This document shows, in pieces, positions 12,096 through 23,755 of a stretch of DNA of 64,000 nucleotides. Under the pieces are notes generated by a model, which worked only from the letters and a program-made list of their open reading frames with translations, did not search any database and was not told the origin of the DNA. The DNA comes from Felis catus (lineage: Eukaryota): NCBI RefSeq assembly GCF_018350175.1, contig NC_058369.1, positions 11,906,001 through 11,970,000 on the forward strand. Direction: 5' to 3'. Position 1 is the first letter of the stretch; every line of letters begins with the position of its first letter. The translations under genes and the position numbers were made by a program.

Positions 12096-13039
12096 CCCTG
12101 AGTGGGGAGAGAGCGAGGGCGGCCAGGTGGGCGGGAGCTACGGGTGTGTGCTGAGCCCAGACTGGGAGGACTTCCCCGAGGAGGTACCCCCTCACCCCAC
12201 AGGCCATGGCCGGTCCCTCGGCCACAGGCTGCTCGTGAGGACGGTCAGCGCTCCTCTGAGCTGCATGGGGTTCACGGAAGATTGTGGGCCTCGAGTGCTT
12301 AGCGCTGGTCCTGGTGCGTGGTAAGAACTCAGTAAAAAATAATACTGACAATTATTATGACTACTGCTATTACCATTATTGACCCCATGCACAACCACCA
12401 GGATTTTCTGTCTTTGAACATGCAGGTCACTCCGTGTTCTCCTCAACTTGTGACTCCAAATCCTTCCTGATTTTAAGAGCGAGCTACTCCCTAACAGCCA
12501 GCTCAGCTGGAAGTCTCGTCTCCTGCGTATCATGGAGAGGACGTAGGCTCTGGTTAAATCTCAGCAGAATCCCTTACTAGCTCACCTGGAACATGGAATA
12601 ATGATGCTTATTCCACACGGCTGCCATGGCACGTAGGTGAAGGGATGCACATTCGGTTCTTAGCTACTGTGGTTGTTGTGCGGCCTGACTTGCATGAGTC
12701 CCTCACAAGGACATGGCCTGACTGGCATCACCAGAGTCGCATTCTCTGACCCCTGCTGTATCGCTGATCATTTCACGATGCCATTCTCTGAATACCCGCC
12801 CCTCCTTGAGTCCTAGCCACGCCACTATCCCCAACCTCCTGCTTCCTGGAGCAGGCAAGGCTCCCAGCTACAGGTTCTCCCACATCCTTCCCCAAGTGAC
12901 AACAGACTCACATCTGGCCCAGCTCCCCATGAAGGTAGCTTTCCTTCCAAACACCTGCTCCATCTGGTGTCCCCTCTCTGTCTCTCTGCTTTCCTTTCTG
13001 CCACCAACAGGCTTGATGCAAAAACGCAACATTTTTTTT

Positions 13040-13405
13040 TTTTAATCACAGGATGGATCAACAGATGAGTGGATAAATGAAAAGTGGCATGCCCATGTAA
13101 CAGGATACCAACAGCACAACACGTGGCCCATGCTACGACGCAGTTGAACCTCAAAGACATTATGCTGAGCGAAAGAGGCTAGCCACAAAGACCGCACGTT
13201 GTAGGATTTCGTTTATGAGAAATATCCAAAGGAGATAAATGCATCAAGACGGAAAGCAGACCAGTGGTTGCGGGGCGGGGGGGATGGGAGCAGGATAAGT
13301 GGAGGGTGACTGTTAATGGCTTGTAGATCTCCCTTTGTGCCGGTGACATGTATGGAAGCAAATAGAGGTGCGCATGTCATGACATTGTGAAAGTTTAAAT
13401 GGCAA
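13040..13405 (+). mobile_element. Old L1 3' UTR fragment
   Basis: atcaacagatgagtggataaa...gaacctcaaagacattatgctgagcgaaagag. Confidence 0.75.
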
Positions 13406-13410
13406 GGATG

Positions 13411-13925
13411 GAGGCACCTGGGTGGCTCAGTCAGGTGAGCGTCAGACTCTAGATTTCGGCTCAGGTGATGATCTTGAGCTCGAGCCCCACACTGGGCTCC
13501 ACACTGAGGGCACAGAGCCTGCTTGGGATTCTCTCTCTCCCAGCCTCTCTCTCTGCCCCTCCCCCACTTGTGCTGTCTCTGTCTCTCTCAAAATAAATAA
13601 ATAAACTTAAAAAAAAAAGCCACCTTTATAACTGCTAACTCTATATTATGTGATGTTTGCCCCATTGTTTCAGAAAGCAAAATGGGACTAGGGTGCCCGG
13701 TGGCTCAGCTGGTTGAGTGTCAGACTCCTGATTTTGGCTCAGGTCGTGATCCCAGGGTTGTGGGATGGAGTCCTGGGTCAAGCTCTGCGCTGAGTGTGGA
13801 GCCTGCTTGGGACCCTCTCCCTCTCTCTCTGCCCCCCCCCCCAAATAAATAAATAAACATTGAAAAAAAGATTCTCTCTCCCTCTGCCCCTCTCCCCTAC
13901 TTGTGCATGCACTCTCTCTCTCTAA

Positions 13926-13955
<30 letters not shown>
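13411..13955 (+). mobile_element. Two CAN-SINEs (second with nested or duplicated tail)
   Basis: Heads at about 13411 and 13691; (CT)n and A-rich tails. Confidence 0.85.
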
Positions 13956-13956
<1 letters not shown>

Positions 13957-14699
13957 GAAAGCAAAGTGGGCCTTCCTTGGCCCCCTTCTACTTCTGCGCT
14001 GTTGCTCCCCTGGTTCACAGCCCAGACTGTCCCCAGAGAGGGAGAGGGAGGGTCTGAGTGCCCAGGGCCAGTCAGGAGCAGAAGGAGGAAGAACCCACCA
14101 CCCCCCTTATGCTTTCCTGTTCCTTCTGGCAGGAGACCCTGAGCCTCTGCCCAGGTGTGTGTGAGAGGGGAGGCCCTCAGGGGTGGGTGGGGGGCCTCCC
14201 GTTCCTACGGACGGGGACCCCGGTGCCCCCTGTGTCTCACCAACACCTACACGTGGGTGGGTGTGTCCCCCCATCTCCACGTACCTGTACTCCACCTCCC
14301 GTCCCCTCCCAACCCGCACAGCTGCTGTGAGCTCTCACACCAGATATGCACACAAGGAGCCCACATGTACCTGCTGCGATCAGACCCGGGCAGTTACACA
14401 GATCAGAGACCCTGCCTGGGGAAGGACTCACGCACCTGCGGAGTCGCGGCTATAGGCAAGCCTGCAGGCACACACAGACAGACGCTCTCACAGTAGAAGC
14501 CGGAAGACAGTGACTGACGCCCGTGTCCCTGACAACCTTCACCCTAAGATCTACCGCCACAGCCAGGATGCGCATCGGATGTGCATGCACTGTGCGTACG
14601 CGGCCAGCCTGGGTCAACAATTCGGGAATCAGAGGCCTCCGCTCAGATCCTGTTTGCCTCGGACTTCGGCTGGGCTCTGGGTCCCAAGATCCACCCCAA

Positions 14700-15330
14700 C
14701 ACTCTGATTACCCACAGTCCTTCCCCACAACCCGGGCTTGCATCACCTCCTCCGGGGAGACACCCAGGGGCACACCCTCCGTTGGCGGCTGCGGGAGCTC
14801 TCTGAGGGGGTAGCAGCGGGAGCCCTGGGTCTCCCCACTGAGGCTCAACACCAGGAGCCCCAAAGCGGGGTAGGCAGGGCGGGAGGCTGCTCCTGCAATT
14901 TTCAAGCTCTTCTCCAAAGGCATCCCAGAGGAGGCCTGTGCTGGGGGCGGGGGGGGGGGGGGGGGGGGGGGGGGCACCCTCAGGGCCCCAGAGTCAGGAG
15001 GGGGCCTCAGGGAGACAGCTAGAGACTTCCCTGAGATTAGCCCACAGGGGTACATGTGGCCTCCAAACCTTCCCTGAGGCCCTCTGTGCCCAGTTGGGAG
15101 CTGGGCTGTTCTGAAACCCCGCAGAGGAGGGTTAGGTGGTCACAAGGAGGTACGAAGACGACCTCTAAGGGGACAGGGCAGGGAACACAAAAGGAGGTGA
15201 TGACCCTCCCCTTCCCTCTCAGGGAGTGTGGAGTGTGGACACTCCATTCCCAGTGCCCGAGCTCCAACCACACCCCACCAACAGGCACCCCGGGGCCTCC
15301 CAGAGAGGATGCCTCCCAGAGCAGGCTGGT
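14700..15330 (-). promoter_or_regulatory. Candidate promoter region of the minus-strand OR10H gene (dense O/E-like sites)
   Basis: Many YYCNNRGR sites (CCTCAGGGA, TTCCCTGAGA abutting a minus-strand CTAATC, CCCACAGGGG, CTCTCAGGGA, CTCCCAGAGA) about 2.6-3.2 kb upstream of the CDS; GC-rich background raises chance matches. Confidence 0.3.
14943..14974 (+). repeat. Poly-G run
   Basis: gggggc followed by about 26 G. Confidence 0.95.
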
Positions 15331-15624
15331 GCCCACTTTGGTGAGGAAGCCCCGCGTCCCAGACGCCGGCAGTGGTCCAGAGGAGGGGCTGACGTCCGGC
15401 CTCTGCAGAGGCAGAGGCACCGGGCCAGAGATGGGCTCTCCACAGCATGGCCTTGCTCTGGGCCCAGGCTGCCCCAGGCTGAAGGACTGAGGAGGGAGGA
15501 GACGGTGCCAGGCCGCCCCAGCCACCCGCAGCCGGGCTCCATTCTCCTCCTGGATCCGTGTTGTCACTTCCGACACGCCCACCTGGGGCGGGCACATGTA
15601 ACCTGGAACACGGCACCAACCCAT

Positions 15625-16312
15625 GTATTCGTTTCCTGGGGCCGAGGAGACAAATGGCCACAAACTGGGTGGCTCAAAACAACAGCGGTGTGCTGCCTCA
15701 CAGTTCTGGAGGCCAGGCTTGGGCAGGGGGACCCCCTTCTGGAGGCTCTGAGGGAGGGTCAGGCCTACGCCTCTCTCCTGGCTTCTGGTGGTCACCAGCA
15801 CCTTGACTGTGTCACTCCGATCTCTGCCTGTGTCTTCCCATGAACTTCTCATGTCTGTATATCTTCTCCTCTCCTTGTAAGGACACCAGTCATTAGACAT
15901 CAGCCATTTTGGGGACCACCACCCAGGATTTCATCTCAAGATCGTTATCTATTTACGTCTGTAAAGACCCTATTTCCAAACAAAGTCACAATTCTGAGGT
16001 TCCAAGCAGACATGCATTTCTTCTTCTTTTTTTTCAATACTGTAGTTGGGTTTTTCCTGTTTTATTAAAAAAGTTTATTTCTTTATTTTGAGACAGAGAG
16101 AGAGAGAGTGCGCATGTAAACAGGGGAGGGCAGAGAGAGAGGGAGAAATAGAGAGCCCCAAGCAGTCCCCATGCTGTCAGTGCAGAACCCGACTTTATCT
16201 CATGACCGGGAGACATGACCTGAGTGGAAATCAAGAGTCAAACGCTTAACCGACTGAGCCACCCAGGTGCCAAGAACACACATTTCTGAGTGACACTATT
16301 GAAACCCACTAC
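15625..16312 (-). mobile_element. MLT1-type LTR with an inserted CAN-SINE (about 16060-16270, minus)
   Basis: tgtattcgtttcctggggcc...cacaaactgggtggctcaaaacaac...cacagttctggaggcc...aaggacaccagtcatt...aacccactaca. Confidence 0.8.
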
Positions 16313-19300
16313 AGCATCCCCCCTGCTTCTGTTCTCTGCTTTGGCTCTGACCCCTGCACCTGCTTCCCACACAACACCAGAGGGATCCTGCTAAACAAAC
16401 CAGATTCCATCCTTCCCCTTGCTTAGAACCATCCATGGCTCCCTAGTCCCAGATGCCTCCCTGCAGCCAAAAGTCTGCTCCTTGTTAGTCCCTCCAGTTT
16501 CCTTTCAGCCCCCTCTCTCTCTTCCAACACCCACTTTGCATCTCTAAGCTAAAATGAGATGGGAGCATTTTCAATTTCTTGAATGTACCAGACTCTCACC
16601 CCAGGTCCCACCACATCCCTCATGCCTCCCTCCCATCTGCCTCAACTAACTGGTCTCAGGTCACCTGCCACCTCCTCCAGGAAGCCTTTCGTGATTACCC
16701 CACTCCTGGCTGGGTCTGGTGCCTCTCTGACTCCTCGCTTCCCCGGAGATCCCCTATCATACAGTGTTGTCCTTACCTGGTTATGGGTCGCTGTCTCCCG
16801 TGACACTGTGACATCATGAGGGCAGGGACAGTGCCTCACTGGTTCCATGCTGTGTTCCCAACATCAAAAATGATTCCTGCACATAGTAAATGTTCAATAA
16901 AAATGCATTAAAGAAAACAGTGAAGGAAGGCATGCAGTGAGTGCTGTGAGACCCCACAGTGCAGGCGACAAAGGAGGGACATGCCACCTGAGCTGAACTC
17001 TGCAGGATGAAAAGTCTCCCGCACACGGTGCCAGGGACGGAACAGCAGGCAGAGGAACCAGCAGAGCCAAGGCGTGGAGAAGTGTCCAGAACGAGCTCAG
17101 AGGAGGCTGGGAAGTCAGACTGGAGCCAAAATGTGAAGGGACTTGGAGGCACCGCAGGACCGCCCCTCTAGGGCCCAGGAGGAGAGAGTGGGCTGGAAGG
17201 AGGTGCCAGCCTGGACTGAGGTCCAGCCAACACTCTCCTCTAAGCTCTATCCCACTGGGACAGCAGAAGAGCCAGAATGTGGGGGGAATCTGGGGGATTT
17301 TCTGGCACAACTCAAATCGGGAAAGGCATCAGAGACACACACGGTCAACCAAGAAATGAGCTCAGGATGAAGGTGAAATCTCTTTTATTGCTGCTTCTGG
17401 ATGGCCAGAGAGGTCAGGATAACAGGCTACCATCGCACTCGGGAGTCAATACCAAGCCCCAGGAGGAGTGGAGACCAAGGTCTCAGTTCAGCTGCATCTT
17501 GCAGCCCTGCCTGGAGAGGGCGCTGTGGCCCCAGACAAGTGGTTTGGCCTCTCTGGGCCTCACTTGCTCTTCTGTGAAATGGGCTGAATGAGGATAAGAG
17601 ACACCATGTGTGCAGAGCTTGGCACCCAGTAGGTGCTTGGTCGATATGAGCCCCTCTCCCCGCTCAACGCCCATTTCAAATGTTTTCTTGAACAATGGGC
17701 ACCCTGCTTTCGTTCGTCTCACAGGTATTTCCTGCGCACCTGCTGTGTGCCCGGCAGTGAGTGTGTGGCCACTGGAGATAAACGGCCAATAACCAAAGTC
17801 GCTTTGAGCCACAGCCTTGCAGCTCTGCTCAGCCGTTCTCCAGGACAGGCCCGTGCATTTCTGGGTCTCGCCACCGGGTCTGAGCAGGGGTGACCGACAA
17901 GCACTGTTCAAGTGGCTCTGTCCCCCAGACGACCATCAGCCCTTGCTGGTGCTAGAGTCACCAGCTGCAGACGGAGAGGTGGCTCAGACCCAGCCTGTCC
18001 CCAAGAGTAGCGCCCTGCACCTGCTTCCCTCCACCGCACCGCGCCCCTGTGTCTTCCACCTGAGCCCAGACACAAGTACAGGACGGCGCCCTCTAGTGTT
18101 GGTGGTGAGTTCACCGTCAGTGGCTTTCCTTCCTGGCTCTTTGTACCTCGATGGCTCTCATGGAGGTGGGAGGGGGGGGGGCTGTGGCGTCCTGGGAGTC
18201 GGTTGTATCTTCACGGCATTTATCTCCCAGATTTGAATGACCTCAGCGCTCGCTTGTCTCCCCCTCCTGTCCAGTTGCTCTTAGAGGTGGAGCTCGGGTC
18301 CAGTCACTTTCCATCTCTAGCACAAACCAGGGACACCGTGAGTGTTTATAGGACACAACTCCCACTGCGGATTGCCCAGTTAAGTCAAGCTGAAGAAGTC
18401 TTCAAATCCTTGGTCATCGTCTTGCTTAAGAAGTCCCCCCTCATCCCCTCACGGTGCATGGGGGGAGGAAGCCTCATGCTTGATCTGCTCTTTGATAACT
18501 GGGTGAAGTCGGAACAGGGCACACCAGCTGCTTAGTTTGATAAGCATGTCCGGCCTCGGTACCCAAAGACTATGCACGAGGTAACTCTTATCTCCAGCTC
18601 AGAGGAAGTCCAGCCCCAGCCAGCATGTGTCCAACAGCTGTGTATGCAATGCCTGAGCCCTTCGCCAGGGAGCCCACCGTGACTGACATACCTGCTCCTG
18701 TGAACATTGCAGTAGAAGGGCGAGGGTGGATGAGGGATAACTGAATGTAGACGAGAGGGTGAGGAGTTTGAGGGAAGGAAGGCGGTTGGCTGTAGGAGCC
18801 CAAAAACCAATCCACAGAGAGTAGGGAGGGTACAGGTGGGCATAGGGGGGTGGGTTCGTGGATAAAGTGACATTTCAGCTGCGACATTTGTTCCAGGGGC
18901 AGAGTGAGAGGAAAGGGTACACCAGGCCGAAGGAGCAGCATGTCCAAAGGACCTGAGGCAAAAAGATGATTGTCCATCCAAGGAACAGAGTAAGGCCGAC
19001 ATGACAGAGTCTTGGGCAGCAAGAGGGGTGAGTGGCTCAAAATGGCCAAAAGTGGCAGATGGGGATCAGATTACAGAGTACGTTACCCCATAACCCCAAC
19101 AGGCGTTAGACGACACACAGTTTACAAGAGGGAGACTGGCTGTGATGTCAGTGAATTTCAGATAAATTGGGGAATAGCCATTCACACCTCAGGGGGACCT
19201 TGCAGCACACGGACTTCCCATAGGGTTGTAGTGAGAGGCTAGTTTGTTCTCTCAGCCAGTTTTATTGAACACCTATTAGGTGCCCGGCTGGGGGGACACA

Positions 19301-19619
19301 ATGCTAAGCAAGTTCAGATTGGTCCTGCCCTCTCAGGGCTGCCAGTGTAGTGGGGAAGGAGGGGCGGTGTTGGCCAGGTAATACCCATAACTGCAGTGAG
19401 CCTGCTGCAGAAGTAGAATTGTCAGCCGCCCTCGGAGCTCTGGACACCCCACCCGCATAGTCAGCAGTGCGGAGCGATCACAGCGGCCACGCTCGGCAGC
19501 AGGTGCTTTGCACGCTTGGGTTCTGCTGCCCGGAGCCCCAGTGTGCATGTTGTAGCATTCAGCTGTTTGCAGCTCTGGGAATCCTGTGGGGGAAGAGAAT
19601 GTCACCTCAGTTGCCACTT

Positions 19620-20200
19620 CTGTCTCTTGATGTTAATCAAATGGCCAGGTTTGGGCTTGAGTCTAAGTCGGAAAACTATCTGGGGACCAGTTCTCCAGAG
19701 GGGGGTGAATCCCTGGCCCTGTCTCCACCTTAGCCCTGGGCTGTGCATCAGATCTCATCTGCCTGCAGGGTGTGGCTGCTCCACAGGGACTCTTTAATTT
19801 CCACAAATGAAGTGGAGGGTGGGGAATTGTGAGCCAACTTTTAATGAGTCCCCAGCTTTCACTTGAAGTCCTGTGACTCTTTCAGTAATGAGCCCCATCT
19901 TGGCTTCCAGGGATTGGTATGCCAGGGGGTTTGGCAGGCTGTGCAGGGAAGGGGGCCCAGCGTGTTTTCTTTAATGCCATCGACCGACTCCTGATGAGCC
20001 TAACTCTGTTCACCTCTCTGCGTCCTCCAGGAAGTGTGCCCAGGGGCCTTGGCTGATGAGCTCTAAACGCATGGGATGAGGCTGGGGGTGGTGGGTTGAG
20101 ACAATGCTTCTAATCGCCTGCTACCCCAAGACATGGCTTCCAGCGAATTCCTGGGGCTTGTCGTTTACTTCTTTCAACAAAGACTAGCTGGCCACTAGTG
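19620..20200. promoter_or_regulatory. Candidate OR cluster enhancer (homeodomain plus O/E-EBF motifs)
   Basis: AACTTTTAATGAGTCCCCAG at 19836, TAATGAGCCCC at 19886, TTCCAGGGA at 19905, TTTAATG at 19970, CCCAGGGG at 20039, TTCCTGGGG near 20148; apparently non-repetitive sequence. Confidence 0.5.
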
Positions 20201-20599
20201 CGAACTGTTCAGTTCTCTTCAGGTTCTTAAACACAGATTAATAGGCAAGGACAGATCTTGTGTGTGGTAACTTTGGTAGCCCTTGTGCCTCAGGGCACCG
20301 ACTCACATCAGACAGACTCAGGTGGAAATCCTGGGAATGACCTCACCTCTCCGATTCTCTGTCTGAAGACGGGGAAGCTAATAGTGATAGCATCTGCCCA
20401 ACGTATAAACTGTCTGGCACTTAGCACATGTTATTATTTTGTCACTCAGGGGAGCCCTGTAGGACTGTGGCCAGAAGGAACGGAGCCAGCTCACTGTTTG
20501 CCTACCTTACCCCATGCCTTTGGAACTTATCCATCCATTCATTCACCAAACGTCATTGAGAGATTTCTGTGTTCCAGGCTCTAGAAATTCAAACACAGA

Positions 20600-20820
20600 G
20601 GGGCGCCTGGGTGGCGCAGTCGGTTAAGCGTCCGACTTCAGCCAGGTCACGATCTCGCGGTCCGGGAGTTCGAGCCCCGTGTCGGGCTCTGGGCTGATGG
20701 CTCGGAACTTGGAGCCTGTTTCCGATTCTGTGTCTCCCTCTCTCTCTGCCCCTCCCCCGTTCATGCTCTGTCTCTCTCTGTCCCAAAAATAAATAAACGT
20801 TGAAAAAAAAATTTTTTTTT
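20600..20820 (+). mobile_element. Young felid SINE (SINEC_Fc type)
   Basis: ggggcgcctgggtggcgcagtcggttaagcgtccgacttcagccaggtcacgatctcgcgg; CpG-rich. Confidence 0.95.
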
Positions 20821-20844
20821 AAAAAGAAATACCTGGAGTATTTC

Positions 20845-21057
20845 TTTTTGTTTTTTTTATGTTTATTTCTGAGACAGAGAGAGACAGAGCATGAGCAGGG
20901 AAGGGGCAGAGAGAGAGAGGGAAACACAGAATCCGAAGCAGGCTCCAGGCTCTGAGCTTCAGCACAGAGCCTGACGCGGGGCCCGAACTCACGGACTGCG
21001 CGATCATGACCTGAGCGGAAGTCGGACGCTTAACCGACTGAGCCACCCAGGCGCCCC
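20845..21057 (-). mobile_element. Young felid SINE
   Basis: gtcggacgcttaaccgactgagccacccaggcgcccc. Confidence 0.95.
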
Positions 21058-22417
21058 GGATACTCCCTTTTGAAAAAGAGCTGAATCAGTCTTGGGCCTC
21101 AGCAGACCTCTTTTGGCTCTGCAGGTTACCAGCTCTGGATGCCATCAGCTTGTGCTGGTTTCGGTGTATGTCTTTGGCTGTGTGTGTCCCTGCTTGACAT
21201 AAGTTACTGCTTGACATGAGTGACTCCGTCTTGCTCTCTACCCCTGTTCTATCAGCTCCCCCTCTGCCATAAACTACAAAGCCCCATCAAGGCAACCTGG
21301 TGACAGGTGTGTCCACCCTGGTTCTTAACCACTGTTTCTGTCATATTATAGGTACTTGTGAGTTTTTACTGAATGAATCAGTTGCAAAATGCATCCAGAG
21401 AGAGCACATGATTTGGTCCCCTTCGCCAAATCATTGTGAGACATCTGGTCAACCTGATGACTGCATTTTTCTAACAGCTGAACTTCAGCTACACTTTCTG
21501 AAGAACAAGAGGCCACTCCTAGTTTCTGACCACTCATCTCCATGGTCCTGGAAGAGAATCACATTTTATTTTTCTCTTCTCTGCAGCAGGGATACAGGCA
21601 TGTATCTCATCCCCATACAGTTTCAGATTCTGACGAGAGAGATGGCAGGGACCAGACCAAATTGCTATTTTGGCCAATTCAAAATGAAACTTGTTGGAGA
21701 ACAATTATTCTGACAGACCTTAACTTTCTTGTGCCATGACTAGCCATGAGTGACACACATATAAGGAAGAGAGCCTGGGCCAGGTGCAGGGAATGGCCAT
21801 GCCTAATCCTAATGCCTGATGCCTGCACTTTCTCACAAATCTTGGTCTCAAGAATCCAGGCTTACAAATGTGGAGGAAACTGACCTAGGTTTTGGAATTA
21901 ACAGAAATGGCAAGACACAGTTAAGGGATTGAAGGATTTTTTTTTAATGGGTTAAGAATCCACTGCATTGTACAACGTAAATCATAATGACAAAGTTAAT
22001 AAAGGTCTCTGATAGGCAAGCAAGAGTCAGACTTTTGAGTAGCCCATGCAGATGGTACCAGTTGATTTGGGCCCAGTGAAGGATGAGAAAATGTCCCACA
22101 GGAAGCCAGGGGCAGGGAGCATTCCAGGCAAAGAAAACTACAAGAGCAAACACATGGAGGTGTGAGGGGCGTGAAGAAAGGGAGGTGGCCAGATGGTGAA
22201 GGGGCTTTGGAGATGTCTTAGAACAATCTCACTGGGAACCAGAGAGGAGACTGGCCTGGAGGGAGATGCTGAAGAGGAAGATGGAGAGGCTGGCTGAGGT
22301 AATGGTAATGTTGAATGAATGTGAGGGACCCAATCACCCCGTATCCACAAGCTTTAAGCTTTTTGTGTTAGAAGAAAGCCCTAGATCTTGGGGTTTTATG
22401 AAATGGAACTTTGTCCC

Positions 22418-22780
22418 CTGTATCAGTCAGCATAAGTTCAGTATGCTGCGGTAACAACTGGTGACCTCAAAATCTTAGTGGCCAATAACCACAAAAAAAA
22501 TTCACTTCTTGGTCATGTTTATGGGTCAGCAGAAGCTCTGCCTGAAGGGGGTCTTCTTCACTGCAGGACCATATTTGAAGGAGCTGTCCTTTCTAGGAAG
22601 AGGTGGTCTTCTGACAAGGGCAAAATGAAGATGGAAGAACCACACAAGGCTCTTAAGATTCCTGCTTAACGTGGCACATGTCAATTCGCATCACATTTCA
22701 TTGGCTCAAGCAAGATCGTGGCCAAGCCTGGATTTAACGGAAGTTAAGAATTATCATTCTCCTGCAGGGATGGGCCCAGG
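22418..22780. mobile_element. Old MLT1-type LTR fragment
   Basis: tgtatcagtcagcataag...tatgctgcggtaacaac...cacatttcattggc. Confidence 0.55.
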
Positions 22781-22990
22781 ACTGCTTCTGGAACATTCCA
22801 CTCAGCAGAAATCGGGAAAGGAAATAAAGGGTGAGCAAGCCCAATGCCAAGAAAAGGACACTAGGCTTTGGAGAAATGTCCTCTATTGTTGCCTCTGTGA
22901 ACTCAGAACCCAGAGAAGGCAGGGATAGGGCTTGAGGCTGTGTATCAAGGGTTCTGCATCAGTCCCAGGAAGTGCAGTATAAGGGCTTGG

Positions 22991-23129
22991 TTAGCAGTTC
23001 TGTCGCCTCTCACAAATGAAAGCAAATCTCCCTGATTCACAAGAGAAGTTGCTCCAGTATCCATGGTTGTGTATCATCATGCAGGCGGGGGCAGTTCCAT
23101 TATCATGTAGCTTCTTGGACTCCCAGTTA
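22991..23129 (-). CDS. C-type lectin exon 7 (CRD part 3, NWESKKLHDNGTAPACMMIHNHGYWSNFSCESGRFAFICERRQNC*)
   Basis: cttgacag| acceptor, phase 2; TAA stop at 22991-22993; ICE.R.NC* ending like CLEC4G. Confidence 0.93.
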
Positions 23130-23755
23130 CTGTCAAGAGATGCCCACAAATTCCTGAGTAGATGGGCCAGTGCCTGAGCCCCCTACCCTGCTCTCTATGA
23201 GTGAGGGTCTGGCCCTAAGGTTCTTGAGGCCCCAAGTGGGAATCATGTATTGAGCCCATCTTACAGTAGTCATCTGGTCAACCCCTTCCCATTTTTTTTT
23301 TTTCCAAGTGGAGAGACTGAGCTCAAATGGGAGTAGCAACAGGAAACCGTCTTCAGGGGAGCTGGGAGTCTCCAAGTTCTGGGGCCACTTTCTCTGACTC
23401 CCTCATCTCGCTGACCCTCTCCCCTTCTCTGAGGTCCATTCACCTTGAAGCCAGATTCACCCTGTCCAACGTCTAGCTCTGCCACCTGTCATCTGTGTGA
23501 CCAGGGCAACAGTCTTAATATCCGAGCCGCTGTTTTCCTCTTTTGCAAAATGGGAGCACATTCTGAGGATGTGATGACCAGTGCATGTAAGGTATATGGT
23601 AGGTGCTCAGGTGGCAGATGAGTTTGCCAAGGTGATTAATTATGCCCTGGGCCTGGACCCATCCAGAGCAGTTTGCCAGACAGGGAAGGGTGATGCTGCC
23701 AGATGGAAATGTCCAAAAGCAAAGAGTGTGAGAAGGCAGGTAACTGCCAGGAAGG

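Noticed and set aside
11082..12351. Several ORFs overlapping the minus OR10H gene
   Set aside because: Antisense or alternate-frame shadows of a GC3-rich CDS
15037..15900. 287-aa and overlapping ORFs
   Set aside because: GC-rich sequence plus MLT1 LTR; open on both strands, no recognisable domain
23265..23378. 114-nt cryptic exon in lectin intron 6 with gtaaga donor
   Set aside because: Poor polypyrimidine tract, no CRD similarity, and in the lectin frame it adds a stop; the true middle CRD exon is 24774-24877
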